Source of the DNA: Spirochaetales bacterium
GTDB lineage: Bacteria > Spirochaetota > Spirochaetia > UBA9216
Direction of reading: 5' to 3'
Assembly (NCBI GenBank): GCA_016342585.1
Contig: JAEINK010000001.1
Location: forward strand, 137,287-201,286
DNA length: 64,000 bases
The position numbers were made by a program, and so were the translations under genes. The notes under the pieces were generated by a model. That model saw only the letters and a program-made list of their open reading frames with translations. It was not told where the DNA came from and made no database searches. Of this stretch, positions 49,881 to 59,952 are shown piece by piece; the first letter of the stretch is position 1; each line of letters opens with the position of its first letter.

Positions 49881-51908
49881 TTGATTTCATTTTCTGACAA
49901 CTTATTATATAAAAGTTTATCTTCTATATCTATTCAGTACAAAAGACATTATAATAAATGGGTGAAATCTGACGCAGAGAGATATTTTGAATTAACCTCT
50001 ACACTATTTATTGCCCTGGATGTGAATCACAAAATTACAAAAATTAATAAAATGGCCTGTGATTTTTTAGGTTATCCTCAAGAAAAATTAATTGGTAAAA
50101 ACTGGGTAGAAAATTTCATTATCGATGAGAATAGAAAAGATACAGAAAAATATTTCGATCACCTTCTTTCGGGACACATTAACGAAATCGAACATAACGA
50201 AAATGAATTAATAGGCAAAGACGGTAAAACCAGAATTTTCAGGTGGAGAAACACCCTTATCAGGGATGATAATGAAAATATAACCGGATTTTTATCAGCC
50301 GGCGAGGACATTACTGAAGAGTATAAGACCGCAAAACAACTTCAAGACTATGCAGATTGGCTGAACCTGGCAACAGAATCGGCGGAAATGGGTATTTGGG
50401 ATATCGATTTGGTGACAGGAGAGGTCCTATGGGATAAAAACATGTGTGAACTCTATGGTCTGACTTTTGGTGTCGATATCCCTAATCAGGAAACCTGGGG
50501 CGAATTCGTTCACCCGGAAGATATCGAAAATGCTGATATCGCTCTTGAGAAAGCCCTTTCAGGCCTCAAAGATAAATATAAAAACCAATTCCGGATTGTG
50601 TTGAAGGATGGAACAATCCGGTATATCAAGGCTTCGGCAGCCCTTCAATATGATAGTGATGGGAAACCGATTAGGCTTATTGGTGTAAATTGGGATGTTA
50701 CCGATGAGCAGAAGCTTATAGATGAAAATATTCATCTACAAAAACAGTTTTATCAGTCACAGAAAATGGAATCTATCGGCCAGCTTGCGGGAGGGATAGC
50801 TCATGATTTCAATAACCTTCTGGTCCCGATAATCGGTTATTCCGAGATGGGAATGTCAATGGTGACGGATAATGCAGATTTATCAGAGTGTTTTACGGAG
50901 ATAGAAAAAGCGGGAACCAAGGCCGCACAGCTCACTCGTCAGATTTTAGCTTTCAGCAGGAGACAGCTTCTTGAAATGGTTCCACTGGATCTGACTGCGG
51001 TAGTTAATGAATTCAGTAAAATGTTAAAGCTTCTTGTAGGCGAAGAGATCTCATTTACGATTAAAAATGAAGATGCACTTAAACCTATTTCAGGAGATCA
51101 AAGCCAGATAGAGCAGGTAATTCTTAACCTTCTAATTAATGCCAGAGATTCTATCAAAAATAATGGTGTTATTAAAATAAAGACTAAAAATATTCTCTTT
51201 GAACATGATTTGAATACAGACAAATTGGTTATCCCCAAAGGGGCATATACGCTCTTATCCATAAGTGATAATGGTGAGGGGATTGAGCCATCTATAATTG
51301 ATCACATCTTTGAGCCTTTTTTTACCACAAAGCCACGTGAAAGAGGCACCGGTCTTGGATTATCAACGGTTTTTGGTATTATTAAACAGCATGGAGCCTA
51401 TATCACTGTTGAGAGTACCCTGGATATAGGAACCTGCTTCCGGTTGTACTTTCCTTCCTTGAGTGAAATGAATTCTGTCATTTCTCCAGTAAAGAAAACC
51501 AGACAAAAAGCAGATGAAGTATGTAATGCAGCTACGATTTTTGTTGTGGAAGATGATGAGATGGTCAGAAAACTTTTATGTAAAACCATAAAAAGGGAGG
51601 GTTACAAGGTTATTGAAGCTGAAAGTGCTGAAAGCGCTTTACAGAAAATAAATACTACAGAGATGACAATAGACTTATTATTAACCGATATTATCCTCCC
51701 CGGTATGGATGGGCACTCCCTTGCCACGGAGTTTAAAAGTCGATATAAAGATTTAAAAATTATTTACTCCTCGGGCTACTCGGAAAAGATAAATTTAATA
51801 GAACAGCTGGATTCCAAAAGAGAGGTTTTCATTCAAAAACCTTTTATACCCGGAGATATTCTGAATACCTTATACCGGCTTCTTAATAGATCAGAACTTA
51901 GATCCTAA
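49881..51908 (+). CDS. Hybrid sensor histidine kinase / response regulator with tandem PAS domains
   Basis: 675 aa. Two PAS regions. H-box IAHDFNNLL. HATPase_c (DNGEGI...GTGLGLS). C-terminal receiver (IFVVEDDEMV...LLLTDIILPGMDG...KPF). The start is uncertain: the track uses TTG 49881. An in-frame GTG at about 49962 lies downstream of an AT-rich region with a TATAAT-like hexamer. Confidence 0.8.
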   Translation: MISFSDNLLYKSLSSISIQYKRHYNKWVKSDAERYFELTSTLFIALDVNHKITKINKMACDFLGYPQEKLIGKNWVENFIIDENRKDTEKYFDHLLSGHINEIEHNENELIGKDGKTRIFRWRNTLIRDDNENITGFLSAGEDITEEYKTAKQLQDYADWLNLATESAEMGIWDIDLVTGEVLWDKNMCELYGLTFGVDIPNQETWGEFVHPEDIENADIALEKALSGLKDKYKNQFRIVLKDGTIRYIKASAALQYDSDGKPIRLIGVNWDVTDEQKLIDENIHLQKQFYQSQKMESIGQLAGGIAHDFNNLLVPIIGYSEMGMSMVTDNADLSECFTEIEKAGTKAAQLTRQILAFSRRQLLEMVPLDLTAVVNEFSKMLKLLVGEEISFTIKNEDALKPISGDQSQIEQVILNLLINARDSIKNNGVIKIKTKNILFEHDLNTDKLVIPKGAYTLLSISDNGEGIEPSIIDHIFEPFFTTKPRERGTGLGLSTVFGIIKQHGAYITVESTLDIGTCFRLYFPSLSEMNSVISPVKKTRQKADEVCNAATIFVVEDDEMVRKLLCKTIKREGYKVIEAESAESALQKINTTEMTIDLLLTDIILPGMDGHSLATEFKSRYKDLKIIYSSGYSEKINLIEQLDSKREVFIQKPFIPGDILNTLYRLLNRSELRS

Positions 51909-51965
51909 ACCTGAAATGAAAAAGTTGCTGCCCGATTTTCTGGAACCGGGCAGTCTATGTTTTTA

Positions 51966-53186
51966 TCAATAGATATAGCTGACTCCTAAAGAAAAGGCAT
52001 AACCGTCGACAATATCAGTTCCAGCCCTCCAGACGCCATTACTGCGGTCTATAGCAAAGGTATCACTCTTTTCTCCAGCATTAATAGTTGCATACCCGAG
52101 TATGGAAAAACCCTGAAAAATATTCCAGCTGCCACCGGCTGTTATTTGAGCGCTTATATCAATTGGAGAAACAACGGAACGTAAAGAGAGACTCAACGTA
52201 TCCGAAGGTAGGTATAAAATTTCCGGATACAAAAGCAATCCATAGGTTGGAATCTCCGCAGTGGTTGCAGGAGATGATTCCTCCCACGCCATAAAAGGCA
52301 TGACCAGGGATTCTATCCTGAAAGTCATGGAGGAGACCCTGTTCAGCTCCTGTATGTGGAATAAACCGCCGCTTATATTGAATGAATCCTTCAACCCATC
52401 CTCAATCTCCTCTTGAGAGGCATTGAGCGACGCAGGAAGCGCCACCGAACCGGAGAGATACCAGTCAATTACGAGGTTTCCCTGCAGTGCAAGGTAAGGT
52501 CTGTGAAGAGGAGAGTCACTGTTACCCCGGAACATATAGCCGGCCTCCACCTTAATTCCCCCCACCTTCGTGTAGATCCGTCCCCCGGCAGAAAGATCTT
52601 GAATCTCACCAAAATATTTTCCAGCATCCGCATCCGCTTCCGGGGTCATGATCAATCCCTCCAGGAAGGAAAATCTCCCAAAGGGAATATTGATGGCAGT
52701 CATCCAGTCCGTCTCTGTCCGTATCTCCGATGCCGTAAGATCCACATAGGGGCTTGTACTGCCAAATATGACATCCCCCGAATTAAAGACAAACCCGTCC
52801 CCCCAGCCTAATCTGGTTTTTCCAGCCGTTAACCTTAACACCGGAAACCGTGCTTTCACATAAGCCCTGTCCAGGGTAATGATGGGGATCGAAGCCCCCC
52901 CATACTCCTGTTCGGGAAAGTTGAAATCAAAACTTACCTCGGCTTTCACATTTCGATTTCCCGAGGATTTAAAAGCCATACCGGCGGAACCGGATGTTCC
53001 CAACCCCCAATATGAATCTCCAATTGTTGCTACAGGCATGGTTTCACCGACAGGTATTTCCAGAGTGACGGCTCTGGTACGCATTGCCGTATTCATTATG
53101 GAAAAATCCATCGTCAGGGAGCCTTCCGCAAAAAGAAAAACTGCCGCTCCGAAGAGCAGCAGTGCTGTAAAAAACCGCTTTACCAT
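51966..53186 (-). CDS. Outer-membrane beta-barrel protein (hypothetical), last gene of the GntR-regulated envelope operon
   Basis: 406 aa. Signal peptide. Alternating hydrophobic and aromatic beta-strand pattern. C-terminal YIY. 7-nt overlap with the LolA-like gene. Confidence 0.5.
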   Translation of the reverse strand: MVKRFFTALLLFGAAVFLFAEGSLTMDFSIMNTAMRTRAVTLEIPVGETMPVATIGDSYWGLGTSGSAGMAFKSSGNRNVKAEVSFDFNFPEQEYGGASIPIITLDRAYVKARFPVLRLTAGKTRLGWGDGFVFNSGDVIFGSTSPYVDLTASEIRTETDWMTAINIPFGRFSFLEGLIMTPEADADAGKYFGEIQDLSAGGRIYTKVGGIKVEAGYMFRGNSDSPLHRPYLALQGNLVIDWYLSGSVALPASLNASQEEIEDGLKDSFNISGGLFHIQELNRVSSMTFRIESLVMPFMAWEESSPATTAEIPTYGLLLYPEILYLPSDTLSLSLRSVVSPIDISAQITAGGSWNIFQGFSILGYATINAGEKSDTFAIDRSNGVWRAGTDIVDGYAFSLGVSYIY

Positions 53187-53920
53187 GAGAGTTCATCCAG
53201 AGAAAAGAGAGAGGCATCGACCCGAATATTAACCTCTAATTCATGAATTATCATAATGGTTTCAGAATCCCTTTTCATCTTATCGGAGATCCTGGTCTCG
53301 ATGGGGATTTCACGCCCTTCAAGTACCATGGTATCGAGAACTTCCATCTCTTTTAGAAGACGTCCGGACTTTGTGTAATATTCACCCTTCCAGACCATGA
53401 AAGTTTCTTTATCTATCCAGACCTTCTCTTTGGGATAAGGTACAGTTCTTGTATTCGCTGTCAGGAAAAGGACATAACAGGCCCTTCCGGCAACCGTCTC
53501 CTCCCCTTCGAGAACGACACTGTACTGGCTGACCCTGTCGTTGCCCCCCGTCATATCTTCATAAGAAATATCCGAACCCAACATCGACTGACGAAGAGCC
53601 GAACCCTGCATCCTTATAATCTCTTCTGCATCGGGATAATAGATATAAATTTCATCTTCTGTTCGAAGGATTTTCTGCCCCCTTTCGGCAATTGAGGTAA
53701 ATTCGATGATCGACTCATCCTCACCCCGGGACCAGGAGTTAAAACTACTCACTTTTAGTCCAAACCGGTCGGTGATCCTCATCTCACCGGAACTGGCAGA
53801 AGTCTCAAAAACCTGCATATCATCAGATCTTCTGATTATCTCCTCCGGAGTAATGGCAAATAAGGCCCCGGGAACGATTATAAAAACAGCAAACAGGATA
53901 ATTATAGTTTTAAGTTTCAT
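53180..53920 (-). CDS. Outer-membrane lipoprotein-sorting protein (LolA-like fold)
   Basis: 246 aa. Signal peptide MKLKTIIILFAVFIIVPGALFA. Length and pattern typical of LolA-like proteins encoded next to FtsX/MacB-type ABC transporters. Confidence 0.65.
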   Translation of the reverse strand: MKLKTIIILFAVFIIVPGALFAITPEEIIRRSDDMQVFETSASSGEMRITDRFGLKVSSFNSWSRGEDESIIEFTSIAERGQKILRTEDEIYIYYPDAEEIIRMQGSALRQSMLGSDISYEDMTGGNDRVSQYSVVLEGEETVAGRACYVLFLTANTRTVPYPKEKVWIDKETFMVWKGEYYTKSGRLLKEMEVLDTMVLEGREIPIETRISDKMKRDSETIMIIHELEVNIRVDASLFSLDELSW

Positions 53921-53929
53921 TATATCCTC

Positions 53930-55171
53930 CTAAATATATCGTAAAGCTTCTACAGGCTGGATTTTGGCAGCCTTTCTTGATGGTATCAGTGTCGCCAGAG
54001 AGGCGACCACAACAGAATAGATGAACACTATCAGTACAGTTATCCACCTGAGTCTTGGATAGAGTATCGATGAAATTTCAAAATCCATACCCGACATGGC
54101 ATCGGTAAAATCAATTCCGACTCGGGACAGGACCATTACACCGGCCACTCCCAGAACCACACCAATGAAGGAACCTATCGCACTTATAAAGGCGCCTTCA
54201 AGGAAGAATAGCCTAACCAGCTCCTTACCATGCATCCCAAGAGCACCAAGAGTCCCTATCTCTCTCATCCTTTCGAAAATCACCATCATGGTTGTATTGA
54301 TGATTACAGTGCTCCCCAGGAGAAAGAAAACAAAAGCCATGATGTTGTAGGCAGCCTGAGCCATCTTGATTAAACCATAGGTCGTACTGAGGTCTTCCCA
54401 TGAACGGGCATCAACCTCGACTCCTGTTTCGGCTTTAATAGCCGCTGTCAGCGCCGCAGCCACTTTTCGCTCATCCACATCCGCTTTCACATTCACAAGG
54501 ATATTCTGAACATGGCCATCCATCCTTAAAAAGTACTGGGATCTATCCAGAGGAATCCAGAAATAACTGGAATTCAGATTTCCCACGGGAAAACCAGCCA
54601 GACCGACGATTTCCAGGGTAATCGCATTATTTCCTCTGGCGGCTGTGGTTGAAATGATTGTAACCTTATCCCCCAGTTTGAGCTTAAGATCTTTAGCAAG
54701 AACAGCCCCCATGAGCATTTCATTCTTTCCATTTTCAGGAAGGCGGCCCTCTTTTACTATTTCAGTAAAATCCTGAAACCCTTTTTCCATCTCAAAATCT
54801 GCCCCCACACCGATGGCACCAAAGTTCGCACCGCCTATGTATATACTTGAAGGGAATGTATTGCGGGGCACCCATGCATCCACATCCGGGTTAGACGCCA
54901 CAATTTTACTTATGGCTTCTTTATCTATAGTCAGGTGTATAGGATTGTACCGTTCAAACTCTTCATAGTCCTTATGCTTGATCTGAATGGAACCGGTATA
55001 ATAGGTTTTAAGATTCGCGGCCATATCATCACTCATCCCGGCAATGATAGCGAAAAGAAAGACTATACTCATCGCGGCCACACCAATGGCCACGGCCGAC
55101 AGGATGGATCTTCTTTTATTTCTGGAAATATTCCGCAGAGCGGTTTTTATTAATCTGTTATTCATTATCAA
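53930..55171 (-). CDS. ABC transporter permease, FtsX/MacB-like
   Basis: 413 aa. N-terminal TM helix. Large periplasmic MacB-PCD-like domain. C-terminal FtsX 3-TM bundle. Confidence 0.8.
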   Translation of the reverse strand: MIMNNRLIKTALRNISRNKRRSILSAVAIGVAAMSIVFLFAIIAGMSDDMAANLKTYYTGSIQIKHKDYEEFERYNPIHLTIDKEAISKIVASNPDVDAWVPRNTFPSSIYIGGANFGAIGVGADFEMEKGFQDFTEIVKEGRLPENGKNEMLMGAVLAKDLKLKLGDKVTIISTTAARGNNAITLEIVGLAGFPVGNLNSSYFWIPLDRSQYFLRMDGHVQNILVNVKADVDERKVAAALTAAIKAETGVEVDARSWEDLSTTYGLIKMAQAAYNIMAFVFFLLGSTVIINTTMMVIFERMREIGTLGALGMHGKELVRLFFLEGAFISAIGSFIGVVLGVAGVMVLSRVGIDFTDAMSGMDFEISSILYPRLRWITVLIVFIYSVVVASLATLIPSRKAAKIQPVEALRYI

Positions 55172-55178
55172 ACCTCCT

Positions 55179-56426
55179 CTACTGATGCCTGAGACAGGAT
55201 GGAATATCCATTTTCAGGGCTCGGTTAGTCGGAAAATAGGCGACCAGAGTCGAAATAATTGTTCCGGCGAAAAAGGCTTTCACCATAGTTCCCGGATTCC
55301 ACATGCCACGGAATATACTCTGAAGCCTATAACCTATATCCATATCACGCATGAGCCACCCATAATCAATACCCACATAAATGATATAGAAATCGGCAGC
55401 AATACCAAGGATGATCCCCAGAAGAGAACCGATAATGCCAATCCCGGCAGCTTCTATCATAAAAGCAATTCGGATTTTTGCATCGGACATTCCCAGAGAT
55501 CTCATCATACCCAGCTCCCTGACCCTCTCAAAAATGGCCATGAGCATGGTGTTCGATATACCTACCGCAGCAATAATGAAGATGAGAAAAAGTATCATCC
55601 CCGTTCCTCCACGTTTTGCTTCCGCCAGGGCTAAATAATCCCGGGCCATGTTTTCCCAGCTCAAAACATCGATACCGTTTCCTTCTATCATATTCTGGAT
55701 TCTAACCACTTCTGACTCTACATCTGCTGTATCAGGCAATTTTATATTTATTTCAGTTACCGCCCCTTCCATCACCAGATAATCATCCGCCACATCCAGG
55801 GGCATCATGATCAAAGTCCGATTCACATTCGGGTTGGGGCAATTCACGATCCCGAGTATCTCAAGATCCATGGCTTCATAAAAACCACCTTTTCCCCGTG
55901 TAACAACGGTTATCCAGTACCCTACCTTCGCCCCGATATCCTCGGCAAACCAGGAACCTAAAAGCACACCATCATCGCCGGGTTTAAGGAAGCGTCCCTC
56001 TACCAGGGTATCGCTATAGTGAAAGACATCAAAATCTCTCTCGGGATCGATGGCTGTCACAGTAACCGCCAGATTTCCCTCTTCCCCAAAATCATCCATA
56101 TTGAGAATCATATCCCCCGATAGAACTATCCGTGGGGAGGCGGGTATCCCCTCACCGGCCAGCATCTCTACAATTTTATTGGGCTCCTCTATATTCAAAT
56201 CCAAGGGTTTTTGAAAACGGTTATCCCAATACTCCTCATCATAGATCCTGGCAGAAGAGGTTTCATACCATTTTAGGTTTCGTACAGACTCAATCTCGGC
56301 TCCCATGAGCATGGAATCAATAAAAATATACATCATCAAACCGAAGGCAATCGCCCCCGCAGTTATCAATGTCCGCCGTTTATACCTCGTCAGGTTTTTA
56401 AAAGCCAAAGAAATAAGGAATTTCAT
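55179..56426 (-). CDS. ABC transporter permease, FtsX/MacB-like
   Basis: 415 aa. Same architecture as the neighbouring permease. 1-nt start/stop overlap with the ATPase gene. Confidence 0.8.
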   Translation of the reverse strand: MKFLISLAFKNLTRYKRRTLITAGAIAFGLMMYIFIDSMLMGAEIESVRNLKWYETSSARIYDEEYWDNRFQKPLDLNIEEPNKIVEMLAGEGIPASPRIVLSGDMILNMDDFGEEGNLAVTVTAIDPERDFDVFHYSDTLVEGRFLKPGDDGVLLGSWFAEDIGAKVGYWITVVTRGKGGFYEAMDLEILGIVNCPNPNVNRTLIMMPLDVADDYLVMEGAVTEINIKLPDTADVESEVVRIQNMIEGNGIDVLSWENMARDYLALAEAKRGGTGMILFLIFIIAAVGISNTMLMAIFERVRELGMMRSLGMSDAKIRIAFMIEAAGIGIIGSLLGIILGIAADFYIIYVGIDYGWLMRDMDIGYRLQSIFRGMWNPGTMVKAFFAGTIISTLVAYFPTNRALKMDIPSCLRHQ

Positions 56427-57106
56427 TATTTCCTCCTTTCATCACTCTGAATCTTTCCATCATGCAGAACAATAAGCCTATCAGCGTACTCCATAACCAT
56501 TTTATCGTGAGTCGAGAAAATGAATGTTGTATTATGCTTTCTGTTCATCTCCTTCATCAGTTTGAGAATATCCTCTCCAGTGACCGAATCAAGATTCGCC
56601 GTTGGTTCATCCGCAAGGATAATCTCAGGATTCTTCACCAGAGCCCTGGCGATGGCGACCCTCTGCTGTTGTCCACCGGAAAGACGGGATGGTCTTCTGT
56701 CTTCCAGACCCTCAAGTCCAACCTCTTTTAGGATGGCCATGGTCCTTTCCCGTACTTCGCTCTCCTTAAGGTCCAGGAGTGATAGAACGAAGGCCACGTT
56801 TTCATAGGCTGTAAGAACCGGTATTAAATTGTAAGTCTGAAATACAAATCCAAGATTGATTCGTCGGAAATTCGTCTTCTCCTTCTTTTTCATCTTAGTT
56901 ACATTTTCCCCTTTAATGGCGATCTCGCCACCATCAAGAGCATCGATGCACCCGATAAGATTAAGGAGTGTGGTTTTACCTGACCCCGAAGGTCCGGCAA
57001 TTGATAGAAACTCACCTTTGTCGATGTCTAAACTCACACCTTTTAAAGCCTGAACAACACTTTCTCCAGCCTGATAATTTCTTCTGACATTGTCGATCTT
57101 AATCAT
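56426..57106 (-). CDS. ABC transporter ATP-binding protein (MacB/LolD family)
   Basis: 226 aa. Walker [13 protein letters not shown]. Signature [15 protein letters not shown]. Walker B ILADEPT. Confidence 0.9.
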   Translation of the reverse strand: MIKIDNVRRNYQAGESVVQALKGVSLDIDKGEFLSIAGPSGSGKTTLLNLIGCIDALDGGEIAIKGENVTKMKKKEKTNFRRINLGFVFQTYNLIPVLTAYENVAFVLSLLDLKESEVRERTMAILKEVGLEGLEDRRPSRLSGGQQQRVAIARALVKNPEIILADEPTANLDSVTGEDILKLMKEMNRKHNTTFIFSTHDKMVMEYADRLIVLHDGKIQSDERRK

Positions 57107-58241
57107 CTTTTCCTCCCTCCAAAGAGTTCTCTTTATCAGTCACTTCATTCGAATCATGCGTTTTATTTTCGTCAAACCTGTTTTCCACTTTATTTAATGC
57201 GGCGGTTCCCATAACCGAACCAAGGTTCATATTATCCAGTGCCGATGAAGGCAGAAGCATGAGGGATGACTTGTTCTGTCGAATACCTTCATACACCATA
57301 TTCATTGCTCTCAGCTGAAGAGCCACCGGATTATCTTTGTACTTTTCCGCCGCCTGCTCAAATTTTTCAGCAATTTCAACTTCTGCCATACCAAGAATAA
57401 CTCGGGATTGTCGTTCCCTCTCCGCCTGAGCCTGTTTACTCATCGAATCCTCAAGTTCCTTGGGGATGATGATGTCTGTGATCTCTATGGATAAAATCGT
57501 AACACCCCAGGGGTTCGTTTTAGCGTCCAGGGCTTTCTGAATCTCTTTACCGAGTTCATCACGTTCCGACAAAAGAGAAGATAGTTCATGTTTTCCGATT
57601 GAATCACGGAGAGCCGTCTGGGCGGAAAGGGTCACGGCTTCTAAATAATCCTCAACCTCAAGGACGGCCTGTTTGGGATCCCAGATCATCCAGAACGCCA
57701 GGGCGTCAACATGTACAGGGACTGTATCCTTTGTTAAAGTTTTTTCAGCACTGAAATCAGTGGCCCGGATTCGAGTATCCACAAAGGCAGCTATCCTATC
57801 AATCAGAGGCAGTAGAAAATGGATACCAGGTCCGTGGACCCTTTTAAACTTCCCCATCCGCAGGATAACAACCTTATCCCACTGATAGATCATCTGAATA
57901 CTGGAGGACAATATAAGACCTATTGAACCCGATAAAGCCATCAGATAGTAAGAAATATCAAGAAATGCCACCATTGAAATCCACATAATGATAATCATTA
58001 TAATGACGGTGACCCACATGGGGGCTGATGCAATGAAAGCACCACCCACAAGAATACCCGTGGCCATTCGAACAAGGCTTTCTGCCTCTGCCCCTGGAAT
58101 TAAATACATTTGGAGAACATATCCGACACCTATAAAAATACCTAGAACCACAAATGACAAGGCACTATAATGAAAATCCTTGGCGGGTTTTATTGTTTTA
58201 AGATTTTTTATTCGATTTATTTTATTCTGGAATAAATTCAT
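57099..58241 (-). CDS. SPFH/band-7 (stomatin/prohibitin-like) membrane protein
   Basis: 380 aa. Four N-terminal TM helices, then an SPFH domain (PGIHFLLPLIDRIAAFVDTRIRATDF...VTLSAQTALRDSIG), a coiled coil and an acidic tail. Confidence 0.8.
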   Translation of the reverse strand: MNLFQNKINRIKNLKTIKPAKDFHYSALSFVVLGIFIGVGYVLQMYLIPGAEAESLVRMATGILVGGAFIASAPMWVTVIIMIIIMWISMVAFLDISYYLMALSGSIGLILSSSIQMIYQWDKVVILRMGKFKRVHGPGIHFLLPLIDRIAAFVDTRIRATDFSAEKTLTKDTVPVHVDALAFWMIWDPKQAVLEVEDYLEAVTLSAQTALRDSIGKHELSSLLSERDELGKEIQKALDAKTNPWGVTILSIEITDIIIPKELEDSMSKQAQAERERQSRVILGMAEVEIAEKFEQAAEKYKDNPVALQLRAMNMVYEGIRQNKSSLMLLPSSALDNMNLGSVMGTAALNKVENRFDENKTHDSNEVTDKENSLEGGKDD

Positions 58242-58253
58242 GACTACCTCCTT

Positions 58254-58655
58254 TTAGGTAACTTCCTGACCAATATCCTGGAGATACCTTATGATCTCCT
58301 CAAGAGTGAATCCATAGGATCCCGCCTTGGAAATAAAGGAACGGCTTATCTCCCCGAGAATCTGCTCCCGTTTTACAGCGTCCATCTCTACCTTTTTGTC
58401 ACTGATGAATGTTCCTGTCCCCTGTTGAGTCATAACGATTCCCCTGATCTCCATCTCATTGTAAGCTCTTGCCACTGTATTGGGATTGATTTTCAAATCT
58501 ACGGCAAGACTTCGTACAGTCGGCAGCTGCTCTCCATTGGTGAGCCGCTTATCGGCAATAGCCATTTCGACCTGTAATATGATCTGTTTATAAAAAGGAA
58601 CACCGCTTTTCGGATCCAGGCTGAATTCGAGTTTCTTTAATTCTAATTCTGCCAT
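58254..58655 (-). CDS. GntR-family transcriptional regulator, YtrA-like (short, no effector domain)
   Basis: 133 aa. Winged HTH LPTVRSLAVDLKINPNTVARAYNEMEIRGIVMTQQGTGTFI. C-terminal dimerization helices only. Confidence 0.85.
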   Translation of the reverse strand: MAELELKKLEFSLDPKSGVPFYKQIILQVEMAIADKRLTNGEQLPTVRSLAVDLKINPNTVARAYNEMEIRGIVMTQQGTGTFISDKKVEMDAVKREQILGEISRSFISKAGSYGFTLEEIIRYLQDIGQEVT

Positions 58656-58675
58656 CTCATTATCCTCGCTCCTAC

Positions 58676-58697
58676 TTGTACTAATCTATTAGTACAA
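58676..58697. promoter_or_regulatory. Perfect palindromic operator (10-2-10), putative GntR/YtrA binding site
   Basis: TTGTACTAAT-CT-ATTAGTACAA, located 21-42 nt upstream of the GntR start and about 90 nt upstream of the divergent DUF362 gene. Confidence 0.6.
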
Positions 58698-58783
58698 TAA
58701 AACTATATTACAACGACAATGATAAGTCAAGAAATTCCTCAAAAAATAGATAAAATCCTCTCAATTTATGGTATTCTTAATTT

Positions 58784-59920
58784 ATGAGTACAATTTGGCA
58801 GTTAGAAAACAGGAAACGCACAGAAATATTCGATGATATACAGCTTTTATTGGAGGAATCCTCTTGTCTCGATTGGTTAGGTGATAAAAGCGCTCCCATC
58901 TATTTAAAACCCAATCTGGTTGTGGCAAAACCCGCTTCAACGGGGGCCACCACCACTCCGGCCGTGGCGGAAGGTCTTATCCTTTTTTTAAACAGAGCGG
59001 GTTATAAGAATATCTCTTTCGCCGAAGGCTCATGGGTGGGAGATTCCACAGGGAGAGCTTACAAAATATGCGGTTATGAGACATTATCCCAAAAGTATAA
59101 TATCCCGCTCCTAGATCTGAAAAAAGACGAGGCGATCAGCCTGAAAACCCATGGAGAGAGTTTCAAGATATGTCGCTCCCTCTATGAATTGAATGAAAAA
59201 GGGGGCAGCCTGATCAACCTGCCCATGCTGAAAGGCCATGGACAGACCAACATCACCTGTGCCTTGAAAAACTTGAAAGGGTGCATCCCCGATTCCGAAA
59301 AACGAAGGTATCATAGCCTGGGTGTACATCGCCCCGTTGCCCTCTTGAATACCCTTATAAAACCCGCCTTTGCCCTGGTGGACGGATTAAATGGAGATCC
59401 GGGCTGGGAGGAAGGTGGCAGTCCTCAGGAACATAATCTACTGTTTATAGGCAAAGATCCTGTTACCATAGACTCCTATGCTGCCAAACTCCTTGGCTAC
59501 AGGCCGGACGAAGTGGAATACATTCTCCTGGCTCATCAATTTGGATTGGGCTCCCTTTTTTCAGATGATGATCTCATTGAATTGAAAGAAACATCTGCAA
59601 ATCACAGAAGGGATTCTCTCAATTTAAGAACAGAAGAGATAAAAACATTAAAAAAACAATTTTCTGAAATCATAGATGACGATAGTGCCTGTTCTGCCTG
59701 CCACAGCCATCTTCTATCAGCCTTAAAAGTACTGTCTAATAAGAATCCTGAGCTCTTCAATGGCTTTCAATCCAAATCGATCCAAATTGGACAGGGATTC
59801 AAGGAAAAAAAATTACTGACAACGACTCGTGGTATAGGCATCTGCACAGCAGGAGCGGAAAAATACTGCCCAGGCTGCCCTCCTGCAAGTTCGAAAATCA
59901 TAGAGTTTCTATCAGAATGA
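58784..59920 (+). CDS. DUF362-domain protein with C-terminal Cys-rich region
   Basis: 378 aa. DUF362 core. C-terminal CSACHSH...GICTAGAEKYCPGCPP. Confidence 0.6.
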   Translation: MSTIWQLENRKRTEIFDDIQLLLEESSCLDWLGDKSAPIYLKPNLVVAKPASTGATTTPAVAEGLILFLNRAGYKNISFAEGSWVGDSTGRAYKICGYETLSQKYNIPLLDLKKDEAISLKTHGESFKICRSLYELNEKGGSLINLPMLKGHGQTNITCALKNLKGCIPDSEKRRYHSLGVHRPVALLNTLIKPAFALVDGLNGDPGWEEGGSPQEHNLLFIGKDPVTIDSYAAKLLGYRPDEVEYILLAHQFGLGSLFSDDDLIELKETSANHRRDSLNLRTEEIKTLKKQFSEIIDDDSACSACHSHLLSALKVLSNKNPELFNGFQSKSIQIGQGFKEKKLLTTTRGIGICTAGAEKYCPGCPPASSKIIEFLSE

Positions 59921-59952
59921 AAAAGGGTCCGGGGTGGAAATGAGGTAGTGAA

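Noticed and set aside
55044-55634. 196-aa plus-strand ORF spanning the junction of the two FtsX permease genes
   Set aside because: Antisense to two well-supported permease genes. Its Pro/His/Arg-rich composition is typical of antisense artefacts.
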